A stretch of 64,000 nt of DNA from Octopus vulgaris. Lineage: Eukaryota. Shown piece after piece: positions 12,104 through 25,651 of this stretch. The stretch spans positions 3,658,001 to 3,722,000 of the forward strand of contig OX597827.1 of NCBI GenBank assembly GCA_951406725.2, given 5' to 3'. A model generated the notes under the pieces. That model had not been told where the DNA came from. It worked only from the letters and a program-made list of their open reading frames with translations, and did not search any database. Positions within the stretch are counted from its first letter, which is position 1, and every line of letters begins with the position of its first letter. A program made the translations under genes and the position numbers.

Positions 12104-14134
12104 ATATCCACATAGTTACACAACTTCTTGGAAATAGCTGCCAAACCTCCCTCAACAAATGGTAAAAGAAAGCCACTTACAGCATCCCCTTATCATTTCT
12201 TTTAAAGGACTTTAACTGCTCATTGTTAATAATTTGTTGGAAGGACTTCTGAAATGAACCACCACCTATGCACCAGAGATAGGAAAAACCAAGAGTTTGT
12301 CAAAATTCTAAGTATGAGCTTCCAAAAGAAAATTAACCTTGTGGGGGCACCTGTAGTTCTTTTATTGCCTTTCACCATTCAAGGAGATTCCCCAACACCA
12401 CCTCCTTCAAGATTTCCATACATTGTGACTGCTGGTAATAATCCACAAAATTCCAGATATTGTATGAGTGTATCGTTTTGAATCTTGACATCAACACCAA
12501 GTTGAACCAGCAAATTATTTGGTTAAATCCTTCCCTGTTTGGGTACTTCCTTCGTCTTCAGCATTTTTAACTCTAAAATCTTTTTATTTTAAAGTTTGTT
12601 ATTTTCTCTGTTCATAGTTATTATATGTGGCTGTCAAGCTGAAGTAAAAAGTATAAAAATGAAAGTAAAGCATAATTAAATAGTCTTTTACAAGTTAAAA
12701 AAATAATTTTCTATAAAACAAACCAAATTAATAATTTGTCTTTAATTTAGCTAATCTTAATTTAATGTTTCTTTTTTGGTTCATAACATTTTACTTCTTA
12801 TATGTATGGATTCATAAAGCAAATGATTTATTTTTTATTCTTTCTTATATTTTATTCTTAATAATCATTGACATAGCAATATATATTGATTTTGGCTGAG
12901 GTTGCAATTACCCAACGAAAGCCAGTTGACATTGCAATTACATAGCAAATGTCATATGGTTGCACGCACCCAATGTACATATACAACAGAGAAAATAAAT
13001 ATTCTGGAACCAATATCAAGTGATAGTCATGAAAGAGTTGATTCAAATATATCATAAATGATATTCAATTAACCTACATTCCCCCAAAAAGCAACAAGCC
13101 CCTTGCAGTTCTTGAAGCAGCAGCAATTATTTGAATACAAAACTAAATAAGCTAACACTATTTTCAATAACAAACACATTGTTGATTTTAATTAATTGCT
13201 ATGTATTTTCAGTAACTTTTTTTTATGAGTCCTTAGTCCTAAGCAAGACATTATATTATATCCTGTGGGGGAGGCTCCAGCATGGCAGTTTAAGAGTTTT
13301 AAGAAGCACACAATTACCATTTAGTTACCACTGCTCCCAGGTGAACTCTAGACATGAATAGTAGTATTTGTTAAAGTCTTCAGTTATGGTCAAATTGCAG
13401 AAGATGGTCCTCAGGCTGCATCCAGCTCTTATAAGAGGACTAGTCCCAAGACATGAGTTACAAAGGCTCACCAGTATTTGGTCATACCCTGAACCAATTA
13501 TCTTGCCTAAGGGCTAAATAGGTCCTGTGCCTTCAGGGCAAGAGTGGGAGAGCAGTGGAATAACAGAGTGAATTGTAAATAAACAAGCAGAAGACAGTGG
13601 AGAAACTACACCTGTATCTTCCCCAAGAAAAATCCCGAATCTTCAGACTTTGGCATAGAGGCCCATAACTGCTATTGATATCACTGTGACTTGAAATGAT
13701 ATGACAACAAGAAATGAATAACTGTGAGTTCTTTTTGTTATTTTTTGAATGGCGGAACTTGGTGTGGTCCCTATCCCTGCCCTTGACAATTCCTGCCAAG
13801 CCATCCTACCCATACCAGCATGGAAAACAGATGTTAAATGTTGATGGTGATGATGATGACGATGACAACGATAATGGGTTATATGATATGTAGACACAGG
13901 TTACTTTAAAGTAATCTGATGCAAATCAATTTAATTGCAAAAAATACTAAGAAGTATTTAATTGGTTTAGCGGAATTTCTTCTGGGTTTTTCATGTTTTA
14001 AGTTCAAATTCCACTTTGCCTTTCATCCTTTCAGGATCAATTAAATAGATACCAGGTGAGTACTGGGGCTCATATAATTGACACGACTCCCTTCCCGATA
14101 GCTAGCCTTGTGCCAAAATTTGAACCAATTGTTT

Positions 14135-14500
14135 TATTCTTTTATTTGCTTCAGTCATTTGATTGCAGCCATGCTGGAGCACCACCTTGAAGGGTTTAAG
14201 CTGAACAAGTTGACTCCAGGACTTATTTTTTAAAGCCTAGTACTTACTCTAATGGTTTTTTTTGCCAAACTGCTAAGTTACAGGGATGTAAATGCACCAG
14301 CACTAGTTGTCAATCAGTGGAGGAGGATAAACTCAGAAACAAAGACACACACATATAGATACATACATATACATATACAAAGGGCTTCTTTCAGTTTCCA
14401 TCAACCAAATCCACTCACAAAGCTTTGGTCAGCTCGAGACAATAGCAGAAGAGACTTGCCCTAGGTGTCAAGCAGTGAAGCTGGAACCATGTGATTGGGA
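14135..14500 (-). mobile_element. SINE family B copy
   Basis: Reverse complement of the 36385-36790 element (gccatgctggagcaccacctt; tttcagtttcc..accaaatccactcacaa). Confidence 0.85.
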
Positions 14501-16473
14501 CGACTCCAGCTCACATATCAATCTCTCATTTTACCCAGTACAATATATAAATAAACATTACACTTAAAATTTATCCAGAAAAATTAAGTTTTTTTAAAAG
14601 CTCATATTTGCTGAAGTGACAGGGCAGATGTTTGAATTTTGCCTGCGACCAATAACACTTCATTTTGATGAGACTTCAGATTCCTCCAAATTGTGAAGAC
14701 AGTCTTAGTCATTGATAATAATTCCATTCCCTTATGGATGTTCTATTGGCATATTACATCCTTACCAGTGCTTGACTTGTATCCTTGTTGAACTTATGTA
14801 GACTGTTGCTGAGAGTTTATTTCCAGATAAATAAATAATGTTAGCTGCAAAGGTGTAAAATAAATTGTGTTCCAACAAATTTGTAATACATATTGTATTC
14901 ATCTTGTTATGTTTTACCAATGCTAGTAAGGTTCATCAGTATATTTCACTCCTATCCAGTGCAATTTATGACAACTTGCTTGCAGCAAAGTTGTTAGCAA
15001 AGAGACCAGGTCAGTAACCTGACCAGCCACTATGCACAATAAAGGCAGTAGCTAGGAAAACAACAAAAGCAATGTCTCAAGTGAGAGTAATATGGAATAA
15101 AATCAACTGGAAATGGAATTTGCTGTAAAGTATCCTTATATTCCTAAAATTACAATAAATATAGACCTTATTACACTCATCTGTTAGAAACTCACTCTGA
15201 GCTGATGAGAACACTGGTTAGTAAGTTAAAGAGAAATTATATATAAAATAAGGTACCAAACATGCAGGTAAATTGATGCTTTATTCTCTTGCCAAAACAG
15301 TCAGGAAATGTTTTCTTGAACCCCAAGACTCATAAGGCCAGTTACTCATTTTCCATGTGTATAAGTGATTGAGATCATAACTACCTCTGAACAGAAAACC
15401 AGTCCATTGTAAGGTTCAAGCCCAGCAATTCTGAGGTGAAGGGGACAAGTCAATTACATCAACCCCACTACATGACTGGTACTTCATCATATTGACCCTG
15501 AAGGGATGGAAGGCAAGATTAACCTCGGAGGGATTTGAACTCAAAAACGTAATAAGTCAGAAGAAATGCTCCGAAGTATTTTTTCCAATGTCCTAACAAT
15601 TCTGCTAACTCACCAACTTCAAGAAGTATCTTGGAGATATTAAGATATTAAAGATATAAACATAAGCAAACCCATCTCCAAAACATTGACATGGTGGGAT
15701 AAGAAGAAGTGAGAGAAAAGTCAGTGGAATGGAAAATGGCTATTTTGTATGTTGGAACATTTACCAAGTGTATGAAATGAATGAATTTACCGACTGTCAA
15801 TAAAAATTGAAGGAGATACTAACAATAATGTTCAGAGAGAATGCTTAAGCATATGAGCTAATAACAAGTCGACAAGATCACACTCGTATCCCACAATGGA
15901 AGTGAGAGGACAACAAAGTCAAGTAACTGAAGCTATTTCTAAAAAAGAGGTTCATATGTTCTGGAGGAAAATTTTAAAACAAGGTCTTGGATTGAAATGT
16001 AATATAGTAGAGTCTCTGATTACGAAAGTAATGTGTTTTAAGGCCCCGTTTTTTTAACAAAATTGTTCGCTACAGGAGAAATTGAAATATGTATAAATGG
16101 GGAATCTGTTCCAAGCCAAACTCAGACTCTACATAAAGGTATGAAATGATGTCTTATTTCAACTCTCCATCAGTAGCAAATACATAAATATAGACATGCA
16201 TTTGTTTGTATTTCCTTTTGTCTTGCTTCTGTCGATTTGTGGTCATGTTTGTAACAAAGAGAAAAAAAACAAACAAAACAAACATAAACACAAAAGAAAT
16301 TTGCAAGCTACATGCAATCCGTAAAAGGACATTAACAAACCATTTGCACTGGCTCTCCAAGTTACTTATAAGTGTGCATAGTATACTCGTGGTTTTTGTC
16401 CAAATTTCTGAATGTTGGCTGAATGTAATTTTCTTCAGAAAAATTGTTTCGTGTACAATTTGTTTATCTAGAA

Positions 16474-16881
16474 CTGCGGTTCCCAACCTGGGGTCTGTGA
16501 ATTAAATTCAAAATTTCATATATATATATATATATATATAAATTAGAAAAAAACCACCTTACCAATTATATACGCTTTTATTATTTTTTTGCAATTTACT
16601 TAATCATCTGTATATTATTGTTATTTTAATTTTAATATTTCTATTATATGTAATTTTCTAGATGGTGTAATTTAATTGTTCATTTTGAGTGGGTTTTTTC
16701 TAAATATTATATTGTGTGAAATTTGATTTAGTATTTCTAAATTTAATTTTTCTCTGTAAGTTAGGATTAATATTCCCTCAAATAATTATTATATATATAT
16801 ATATGGATAAGCATATTAAGAGGTGTCCGTGGGAAAACACATTTAAATAAAAAGATTGAGAACCAATGTTGGGAACCACTG
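16474..16881. mobile_element. hAT (Charlie-like) MITE with 8-bp TSD, interrupted by an AT-rich insert
   Basis: Left end ctgcggttcccaac, right end gttgggaaccactg; flanks atctagaa (16466-16473) and atctagag (16882-16889), 7/8 match, fitting the NTCTAGAN target. Confidence 0.8.
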
Positions 16882-17958
16882 ATCTAGAGTATCGTTTGTG
16901 TGTGTTCTTCCAGTAACTTCTATGTGTGAGTAACCTGCTTGTAATTCATTGATGAAGGTTTAGCTCGTTATACGAGTAGAAAATTTTCCTCAGAAAACCG
17001 TTAGTTGTTTAATTTGTTGAGATAACTGTTCGTTTAAGGGTAACCCATTCTATTGTTTTAGAAAATCCAGTTTGGATATTTCCCTAACATTATATGTACT
17101 ATTTATGGTGATCGCTCATGAAAGGTGTTAGAGAACTACAGGGTAGAAATATATCAAATATACTTGATCGTAGGTTATTAGTTGAGAAAAAAAATTTGGG
17201 TGGAAAATTTTATATATTAAATATACGGGTATTGGCAGAGATGAAGCTAATAGAAATCAAAACTGTCACTAGCTGGGCTGGAACCTACCAGCCTCTGTGT
17301 TTTTTAAAAATTATATGTCAAAGTGTTATGTATGAACTGTATAATGTTTGGTCTGAATTTGTTTCTCTGAAAAACCACTGAGAATTGATAATATAATTAT
17401 AGGTGAACAAGCAGCTGGAAAGAAATGAATTTCAAGAGGTGTTGAGAGCAAGAACTGATCAACAAAATGATGCTATTAAAAATGTGACAAGAAAGAAAGA
17501 CTCTGTTTGCCAGATTACAAAATTGTATTTAATTCTGTTCCACCAGACACAGACACCAGAAGCAGAGGCCTTTCTGAAGCACTGCGAAAATAATTAACGT
17601 CATAAAGAAGCTGACCAAAGAAGTTAAACATAGAAAATGATGAGATTGTCTTCGGGAATCAGTCTTTTTATGATACTGCAGTTATATTACTTCTATACTT
17701 GGGTCCTCAAAATGTTGGCAGAGTCTTGGACGTATTGTCATGACATATGATGGGGCCCCATCCTTCTCTATATACGAACACTGCTGATTTCTTCTTTGAA
17801 ATAATAATAATAATAGTCCTTTCTACTATAGGCACAAGGCCTGAAATTTTGTGGGGAGGTGGGGGACTAGTTGATTACATCGACCCCAGTGCTCAACTGG
17901 TACTTATTTCATCGGCCCCCAAAAGAATGAAAAGCAAAGTCAACCTCGCAGAGTTTGA

Positions 17959-17990
<32 letters not shown>

Positions 17991-18582
17991 GCTCCAATAT
18001 TGGACTATTACTTTTATTTTCCAGGCTTGAAAAGACAAAATGTAAGAAGCTGACCTCAGTGGGATCTGAACTCAAAACAAAGAGCTAACATCTAGAAAGG
18101 ACGAGAACATATCCAAGAATGATGATTGCTGAAAAGAGAGTAGTGTGACCAAGCGATACTGTATCAGAACAAACATGTAGCAATCGTGCCTCACTGCGAT
18201 CAATAAATCACAATGTTTGCTAATCCTGCATGAGATTCGTATTGATAAGAAAACCTTTCTGCACATCAGCAATGGAGATCTTGCTCAAAACGTATCGGAA
18301 CAATGCTGACATTAATAAGCAGATCAGTTTAAACGATCCAGCGGCTGTTCATTCCTTCTCTTTTCAGTTCTTTTACGATCCAGGACTATCAGTGACGTAC
18401 CCCATGCACAGAATGAATAAAGTTGTGGTCAATAGAACCAACCAGATGTAACGTTCGCTATTGTAGGGGATTAGTATTAATGATATGACCAACATTATTA
18501 TCATCTGTCTTCAGTGGCAGTACAATACTAACACATGCACATAGATATATACATATACATACATACATATATATATGTATAT

Positions 18583-18788
18583 AGTTAATCCAAATATGAA
18601 AACATAAAGAGAAAACACAACACGAGGATGTGGAACAAGTATAGCATTATTGGACGCTCTGGAAAGAAGGAGGGTTTAATGTTTTGAGCAGAGCTCTTCG
18701 TCAGAAACATAGGAAAGGGAAAGATCCAAAGAAGGGAAGACGGAGAAAAAAAATCGCCAACAGTACACACGCGGTCACATTTTGAATA
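18583..18788 (-). mobile_element. Dispersed 200-bp repeat, probable Penelope-like element terminal fragment, copy 1
   Basis: Aligns with 44242-44430; flanked by (TA)n; carries a hammerhead-like motif on the minus strand (18674-18708). Penelope assignment is inference from that motif. Confidence 0.6.
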
Positions 18789-18800
18789 TATATATATATA

Positions 18801-19516
18801 TAGTAGAACCTCGCAGTATGAGTGCACCATTGTATAAGTAATTTGCTGTACGAGCCAAAGGTTGTGTGTTTTTTTGTCTTGAAGTATGAGTGAGTTTCAT
18901 ACAAACGATCGCTAGTCAACGCTGAGCTCGCACCCGCTCTCCCAACAAGCACAGCCTCTGCTCATTCAGTTCAGTGTTTATTTCGCTGTAGCAGCATCTC
19001 TGTTGTGTTTTACCCAGTAGTTTTGTGCATATTTTGCTGTTATTTTATAATAATTAGTTGCGTTAGCCATGGATCCCAAGAACGTTAGTGCTAAGGACAG
19101 TGCTGAAAAGAAGAAAAAGCTGATAGAATTGAAGGAAATCATTGATAAACATGAGAAAGGATTGCGTGTAGGGGACACAGCACATCAATACAACTGCAGG
19201 ACTTTGACAATCTATATCATCCTAAAGAAAAAGGGTGAGATCAAGGCCGTTACAACAGCAAAGGGTGTCTCCAGGCTCTCTAAGCAATGCACATCTGCCC
19301 ACGAAAGGATGGGAAAATTGTTTCTCCTGTGGATCAGCGAGAAGTAACTCGCAGAGGATATGATTACAGACCATCATCTGCAAGAAAGCATGAGTACTGT
19401 ATGGGAATCTCCTGGAGCAGAACCCTGGAACATTGACGGAGGTGACATCAGCTGATGCATTTAAGGCCAGTCGCGGCTGGTTTGATAATTTCAAGAAGAG
19501 AACTGGAGTTCATAGC
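18801..19516 (+). mobile_element. Tigger/pogo DNA transposon 5' part with decayed CENP-B-type DNA-binding domain
   Basis: ORF 19069-19347 MDPKNVSAK..KKKKLIELKEIIDKHEKG..MGKLFLLWISEK*, continuing after a frameshift TIICKKA*VLYGNL..FKASRGWFDNFKKRTGVHS (Tigger FKASxGWF motif); TIR-like tagtagaacctcg after TA at 18801. Confidence 0.88.
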
Positions 19517-19528
19517 GAGTCACAGATT

Positions 19529-19900
19529 TATTATTTTTTTTAACTAAATAGTTTGAAACTTCGTATACTGGTGTAATTTGTCATGCTCAACACGGTTTAC
19601 ATTCAACTACCCAAGTACGACAACTTTTACACGAAATGACTTCTAAAATACCTCAGTTTGCTCACAAATATTTAAATTATTATTTTTTTAACTAAATAGT
19701 TTGAAATTTTGTATACTGGTGTAATTTGTCACACTCAACACGGTTTACTTTCAACTACCCAAGTACGACAACTTTTACTCGAAATAACTTCTAATATACC
19801 TGTTTGCTCACAAATGTTTAAATTATTATTTTTTTAACTAAATAACTTGAAATTTCGTATACTGGTTTAATTTCTCACGTTCAACATGGTTCGCTTTCAA
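19529..19900. repeat. Tandem repeat, 146-149-bp unit, about 2.5 copies, within an element that interrupts the Tigger
   Basis: ttattttttt(t)aactaaata..ttgaaa..t.gtatactggt restarts at about 19531, 19680, 19826. Confidence 0.9.
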
Positions 19901-20602
19901 CATTTTTGACAAAATTTCGCATTTTAGAAGTTATTTCGCGTTAAAGTTATCGTATTGGGTAATTTTAACCAATCAAAGACGTGTATTCAGATGAAGAAAG
20001 CTGCTGCTGTTTGCGAAAGTAATCAAAGAGGAACAACTTCCGGGTTATCTCTACTAAGTGTCACCGCTCTGTTCTATTTTATTTTTGTTGCACATTACAC
20101 GTTTTTTTTGGTGGGGGGGGGTCTCGCGTCAGAGTAACTAGTAAGCATATAAAGATCAATACCAAGAAGGTAATTAAGTTAATAAAGCCAGTTTACATTT
20201 TTCTCTTTTTTTATAATTGTCATTTTACTTGCAACTACACCTTTTCTGCTTTAAAACCCATAAAAATTATCTTCGGATGGTTTTGTGGAGCTGGAACGGA
20301 TTAATTATGTGGAAAATTGATTTGTAAAATGGATAAAATAAAAATCGACACAAAATACGGTAGGTCACGATTGGGACGCATTTAATCATAGGCTTTCTCG
20401 ATCGGAGCTGGCCTTAGGTTAGACAGTAACTAAAGAGAGAAGCCTTCCTGTGTCACTTGACTCTCTCTTTCACATACAAAGATTGTACGACGATTAATCC
20501 GCAAGTACAGGCTACAGATTCCTGAATGAAATTTTGCAAAATGTTCTACCAAAATTCCAACTGAAGAAGACGAAAAAGAAAAAAAAAAACCCAAAACATG
20601 CA

Positions 20603-20955
20603 CAGGCATGGCTGTGTGGTTAAGAAGCTTGCTTTGAAACCATGTGATTTTGGGTTCAGTTCCACTACGCAGCAAGCGTCTTCTACAATAGCCCCAGGTC
20701 TCCCAATGTCTTGTGAGTGAATTTGATTGACAGAAGCTTGTCATGTATATATATAAATATTTGTGTGTGTGTTCCTCCCATCGATTAACAGCCAATATTA
20801 GTTTGTCTACTTCCTCGTAATTTAGCGATTCAGCAAAAGAACCGACAGAATAAATAGCAAACTTAAAAAAAAAAAACCCAAAAAACAAGCACTGGGGTCG
20901 ATGCCCCAGCATGGCCGTTAGTCCAGTGATTGAGACAAGTAAACGATGAAAGATG
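20603..20955 (+). mobile_element. SINE family B copy (diverged)
   Basis: ggcatggctgtgtggttaagaagcttgct..gggttcagttccact head; gccccagcatggcc..gagacaagtaaa tail. Confidence 0.8.
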
Positions 20956-21213
20956 CTCTTTTAGACAAACCTAAAAACCTATGTATGTGTAAAGCTAACA
21001 AAAACAACAAACAAACAAAAAAAAACTCTCAGACCAAAGGATCCTTAAAAAATGTCATATTGGGATTCTTCCTCTCTTCACAGCGTAAGAACTTATCCCA
21101 AAATTACGAACCTCATTGAATAATTTTTGTCGAAGTAGACCACCATCAGAATCCGTTACCCCGTCACCCAATATGTATATATATATATATATATATACAT
21201 ACATACATATATA

Positions 21214-21252
<39 letters not shown>

Positions 21253-21299
21253 GTATATGTGTGTATATCTATCTATCTCTCTATCTATCTATCTATCTA

Positions 21300-21350
<51 letters not shown>

Positions 21351-22342
21351 GCATACATACAAGAGATGTGCAAGTGTAATGCTATGCAATACTTCTTTAT
21401 TTGCAAGTGCCTGACTACTTGGTTGAGAGATATTGTCTACTTTCCAATAAAAGGACTTTGTTTCTTGGTTTCAGATTGGCTCCCACCTTTTCACGACAAT
21501 AAAAATACAAGTAGAAGAAAAAACTCGCACGCGCGCGCGACGTATGTTCATTCCTCGGCAAACCTACAAATTAAAGTATTGCTAAGACTCTCGCCCTTAA
21601 ACACTAATATGTTTTCTCCAATGAAGACGTATTCACAAACACAGTTACGCGCACATGCAGAAGCGTCGTTCGTACAAAATTCCTTTCAAACACAGACTCA
21701 TATGTATATTTGCAGAGAGAGACACACAAGCGCATAAGCTGCCATATATCACTACGTTTAGAAGAAAAATCAGAGATGCATACATATAAAAAAAAAAATT
21801 TTTTTCTTAAGCATACTCAAACCCAAATCACGAAAAACAGTCCAACACAATATTAGAATTCCATTGACAAACAGTTTTTCTCTCTCTCTCTCGCTCTCTG
21901 TGTTTTCCTCTCTCTCACACACAATCACGCACGCACAATCTTAGTCACTCATCCAGACACCGAACGCACACACACACTCATATAAAATAAAATGTACAGA
22001 CACACACACACACACACACATATTTGCAAATCACGATAAAACTCAAAGCCCTCTACACCCATCTTGTATAGTACAAAGCACAGCGCAAACCCTTGTATGT
22101 TCACGCATACTCGAGTACACACACCCACACAGGGCCACAAACTTATGATAAATATAAATTGTTAGAAAACGCATACACATACACACACACACACACTAAA
22201 TAAATATATATGCAGACACACACAAGTAGATATAAAATAATAAAAATACATAATAGACAAATGCTTTCATACACATTTCATACATGTAGCATGCATACAT
22301 ACACACACATATACACACGTATACAACCATATTTATCCATAA

Positions 22343-22436
<94 letters not shown>

Positions 22437-22856
22437 GAACACATACATATATATACATTTATTTGTGTGTATATATATAAAGAGAGAGGGGATAAATATA
22501 TAGATAGACGTGTATGTTTGTTGTCCATACACTACACATAATGCATACATATTTAAATACACACGCACACAGGTGCGTGTAGAAAGTCTTAGTCACGATG
22601 TTCAAACATTATAGATTAAGGATAGCATTTTTTTGTGTTGTTGTTAAGAAACCTATTCCATGAAAGGTGATAAAAATAAATTACTTTAAGAAACTCTAGC
22701 TTTCCCGAATTATCTATTTTAAGCTATAAATTATTAAATTTTCTCTTGTTATTTATGTTTATTTAGTTTTCCTCTCTCTTAGACGAACAAAAGAGAAAGC
22801 TTAAATATGGTTGATGGACCTGGTAGAAATAGCAGCCAAATTTCCAGTCAGATAAT

Positions 22857-23040
22857 ATATTTCTTTACTACCCACAAGGGGCTAAACACAGAGTAGACAA
22901 ACAAGGACAGACAGACGGATTAAGTCGATTATATCAACCCCAGTGCGTAACCGGTACTTGTTTTATCGACCCCGAAAAGATGAAAGACAAAGTCGACCTC
23001 GGCGGAATTTGAACCCAGATCGTAACGGCAGACGAAATAA
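22857..23040 (-). mobile_element. SINE family A copy, CpG-retaining
   Basis: tttctttactacccacaaggggctaaacacagag..aagtcgacctcggcggaatttgaac. Confidence 0.88.
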
Positions 23041-25133
23041 TAATCTCAGCATATTACTAATAGAAGGCAAACTATGTTGTGAATCTCATACACCATGCTT
23101 AAAAAAAAAGTTAGTGAGTGAGGTGGTCACGGCTAGAATATTCTTGATTATACAGATCTGCTCAATCTGGGCTGGACTGGGGTTACTATTACTTGGTTGT
23201 CCGCTCAAGCAGAAATAGTAGCTAAGTTTCCTCTAACTCTCTTACAGAGAAGTACACATTGGATAGTGTAATCCAGGATAAAACTCCACCAGCAATATAG
23301 AAATAAAGATGTGTTGTTCGTAGCTAGAATGGCTGTATTTGGGTCTAATCTGACCCGGAGCGAAAGGGTTTTCTTTACGTAGGGCCGGGTGTACGCATAG
23401 TCGTATCGATTGGATTTCGAGCATTGTAAACCGCAGAGTCAAAATAAATATCACATTATACAATATTTATTACCAGGGTATCATTCCAGTGTGTGTTATG
23501 CTTATTCGTACAAACACAAGTAAAATATGTGTTTTGTTTCGCTGTGATATTAAGCCCTCTAAGGCCTGCGATCTTTTATATCTCATCAAAGTCCACGTGT
23601 TTCTCACTCCCAGAATGTCGAAATTAGGGAGAGACTACTAATGAAAATGTAAACAAAATTGTGCCTGACACAACTTCTATGTTTAAGAGAGGGAAGAGAG
23701 CAAGTATCCGTCGATTTGTAAAACCAGTACAACCGATCGGCCCTTATGGAACTGCCCAAAAGACCTTCGGAAGGATTTAATTTTGTAGTGAGATACTTTC
23801 GGATATAATTCCGTATATTTTTACCTATACAACATTTAGTTTCGTCATTCTATATTCGGATGGAAAGACTTCCGATCTCAGGCAAATTTATAAGGTAGAA
23901 AGCTTATGAAAAGGACACAACATAGCCTTATGTAGTCCAGGATACATTTTTCCTGAAAAGAAAAGGCGCGAGTCAGATTTACGAATGAAAAATTCTAGAT
24001 CCTAGAGCTGCTCAAAGTCGGCTTCGGCCAAACAGCAAAAACGTAAGTTTACGAGTTAACGCAACCGCTTGACTTGCTGGAAATTTTAGCCTAATCTATC
24101 CCAAATCACAAACTAAGAGTCTTTCGTGGTGTTTAGCCCACCCCTACACTTCTAGCCAGATTGGCCGTTTCCTTCCTTAAAAATAGCATACCTTCGATTG
24201 CTACCCTGTACAGTTTGTCCCACTCGTCACTACGCTTATGTTAATCCATAACTTTAATTCCATTAATGTTCGCAACCTTTTCAGTGACCCGTGACTCCCA
24301 ACTCGCTCTAAGGTCTACCAAAAATTTTTTATATGAATATTAAATTCTAATGCTTTATTTCCGGGTTCTGAAAGAGTTAAAAGGAAGAGTTGGCCTAGGT
24401 GAGATTTGAACTCATAACGTTAACAACTGTAAGGCAATGTTCCGGTATAAGTACATGACGTGGTCATGAGTGTGTTTGACTGTCACACACACTCATTTCG
24501 TCATAGACTTTTACTGAAAGATCGCCCGACCGTAACTATACTGCTGGCAGTCTATCCGACGCTCAAACGATTGTGCTAATCTACCACCAGTCTTTAAGAT
24601 GAAAATTTAAAATAAAATTAAAAAGGTAAAAAAGCAATGAAAAGGAAAAACAGAAGCGAAGTTCCTATGAGTTAAGATGATTCTATATAAATAATTTAAA
24701 TAAAAAAAAAAAGAAAGAAATGATAGCCAAAGCTGAAATGCCGTTTGATCCTAGCTCTATTTGATCCTAGCTGAACTGAGATTAAATAAGAACATAGGCA
24801 TCGGGCTGGTATCTGCTTTCGATTCAATCGAGTCCTTTTCTTTAAAGGAAAAGTAAAAAAACATGGAATTTTAACTCAAGGCCAAAAATTGGCTCGGCTG
24901 TATTTGAACTCACAATGACAGAGAACAAAGTATCGTAACACTCACCCACCCGTCCACACACACACAGACACAAAAAAAATTATGAATGTTTTAAAAAATG
25001 AAACTCCTAAATTAAAGCAGTAAAACCATAATTTCAAGAATGACATGGAATATTGTTATGGATAAGTTGCCTCCCTTGCACGAAGTAGCTTTCTCTTTTT
25101 CTTACAGTATCAAGATATTTTTTTTGCTTGTAA

Positions 25134-25390
25134 GCCAAGTGGTTAAGGTATTCAGCTAAAAAGATCGTAAATTCACGAGTTCGATAGCTGGCGGTGTCCT
25201 TGAGTAAGCCACTCTATTTTACGTTGGTCCACTCAACTCGACTGTCAAGAATGAGCTGTGCATGTATTGCAAAGGGCCAGGCTTTGCCATATTCTGTGTC
25301 ACGCTAATTCTCCCCGCGTTAGGGATACACTTGTCTGTGGAGTGTTCAGCCACTTGCAAGTTTATTTCACGAGCAGGATGTTGTCGTAAG
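25134..25390 (+). mobile_element. tRNA-derived SINE with CORE-like segment (family D)
   Basis: gccaagtggttaagg (A box), gagttcgat (B box), gtgtccttgagtaagccact (CORE-like). Single copy in the window. Confidence 0.55.
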
Positions 25391-25596
25391 CAACACAGTA
25401 CCAGAGTGAGTAGGGAATGTGTACGTTATAATTAGAGACATTTTTCTCTCTCCTTGTATACACACACACATACCCCGAGGTGTATGCATTGATGCAACGC
25501 ACTTCAGAATTTTTCGGCTCAGGGTTGATAAAACATTCCACTCCTATGTTAGATAATACATATTATCTAATAAAGGTTTCGATCTGTCATTATACT

Positions 25597-25651
<55 letters not shown>

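Noticed and set aside
16945-17010. tgatgaagg..ctcgttatacgag hairpin..gaaaacc, a possible Penelope-type ribozyme
   Set aside because: The core C is missing and the stems cannot be closed convincingly.
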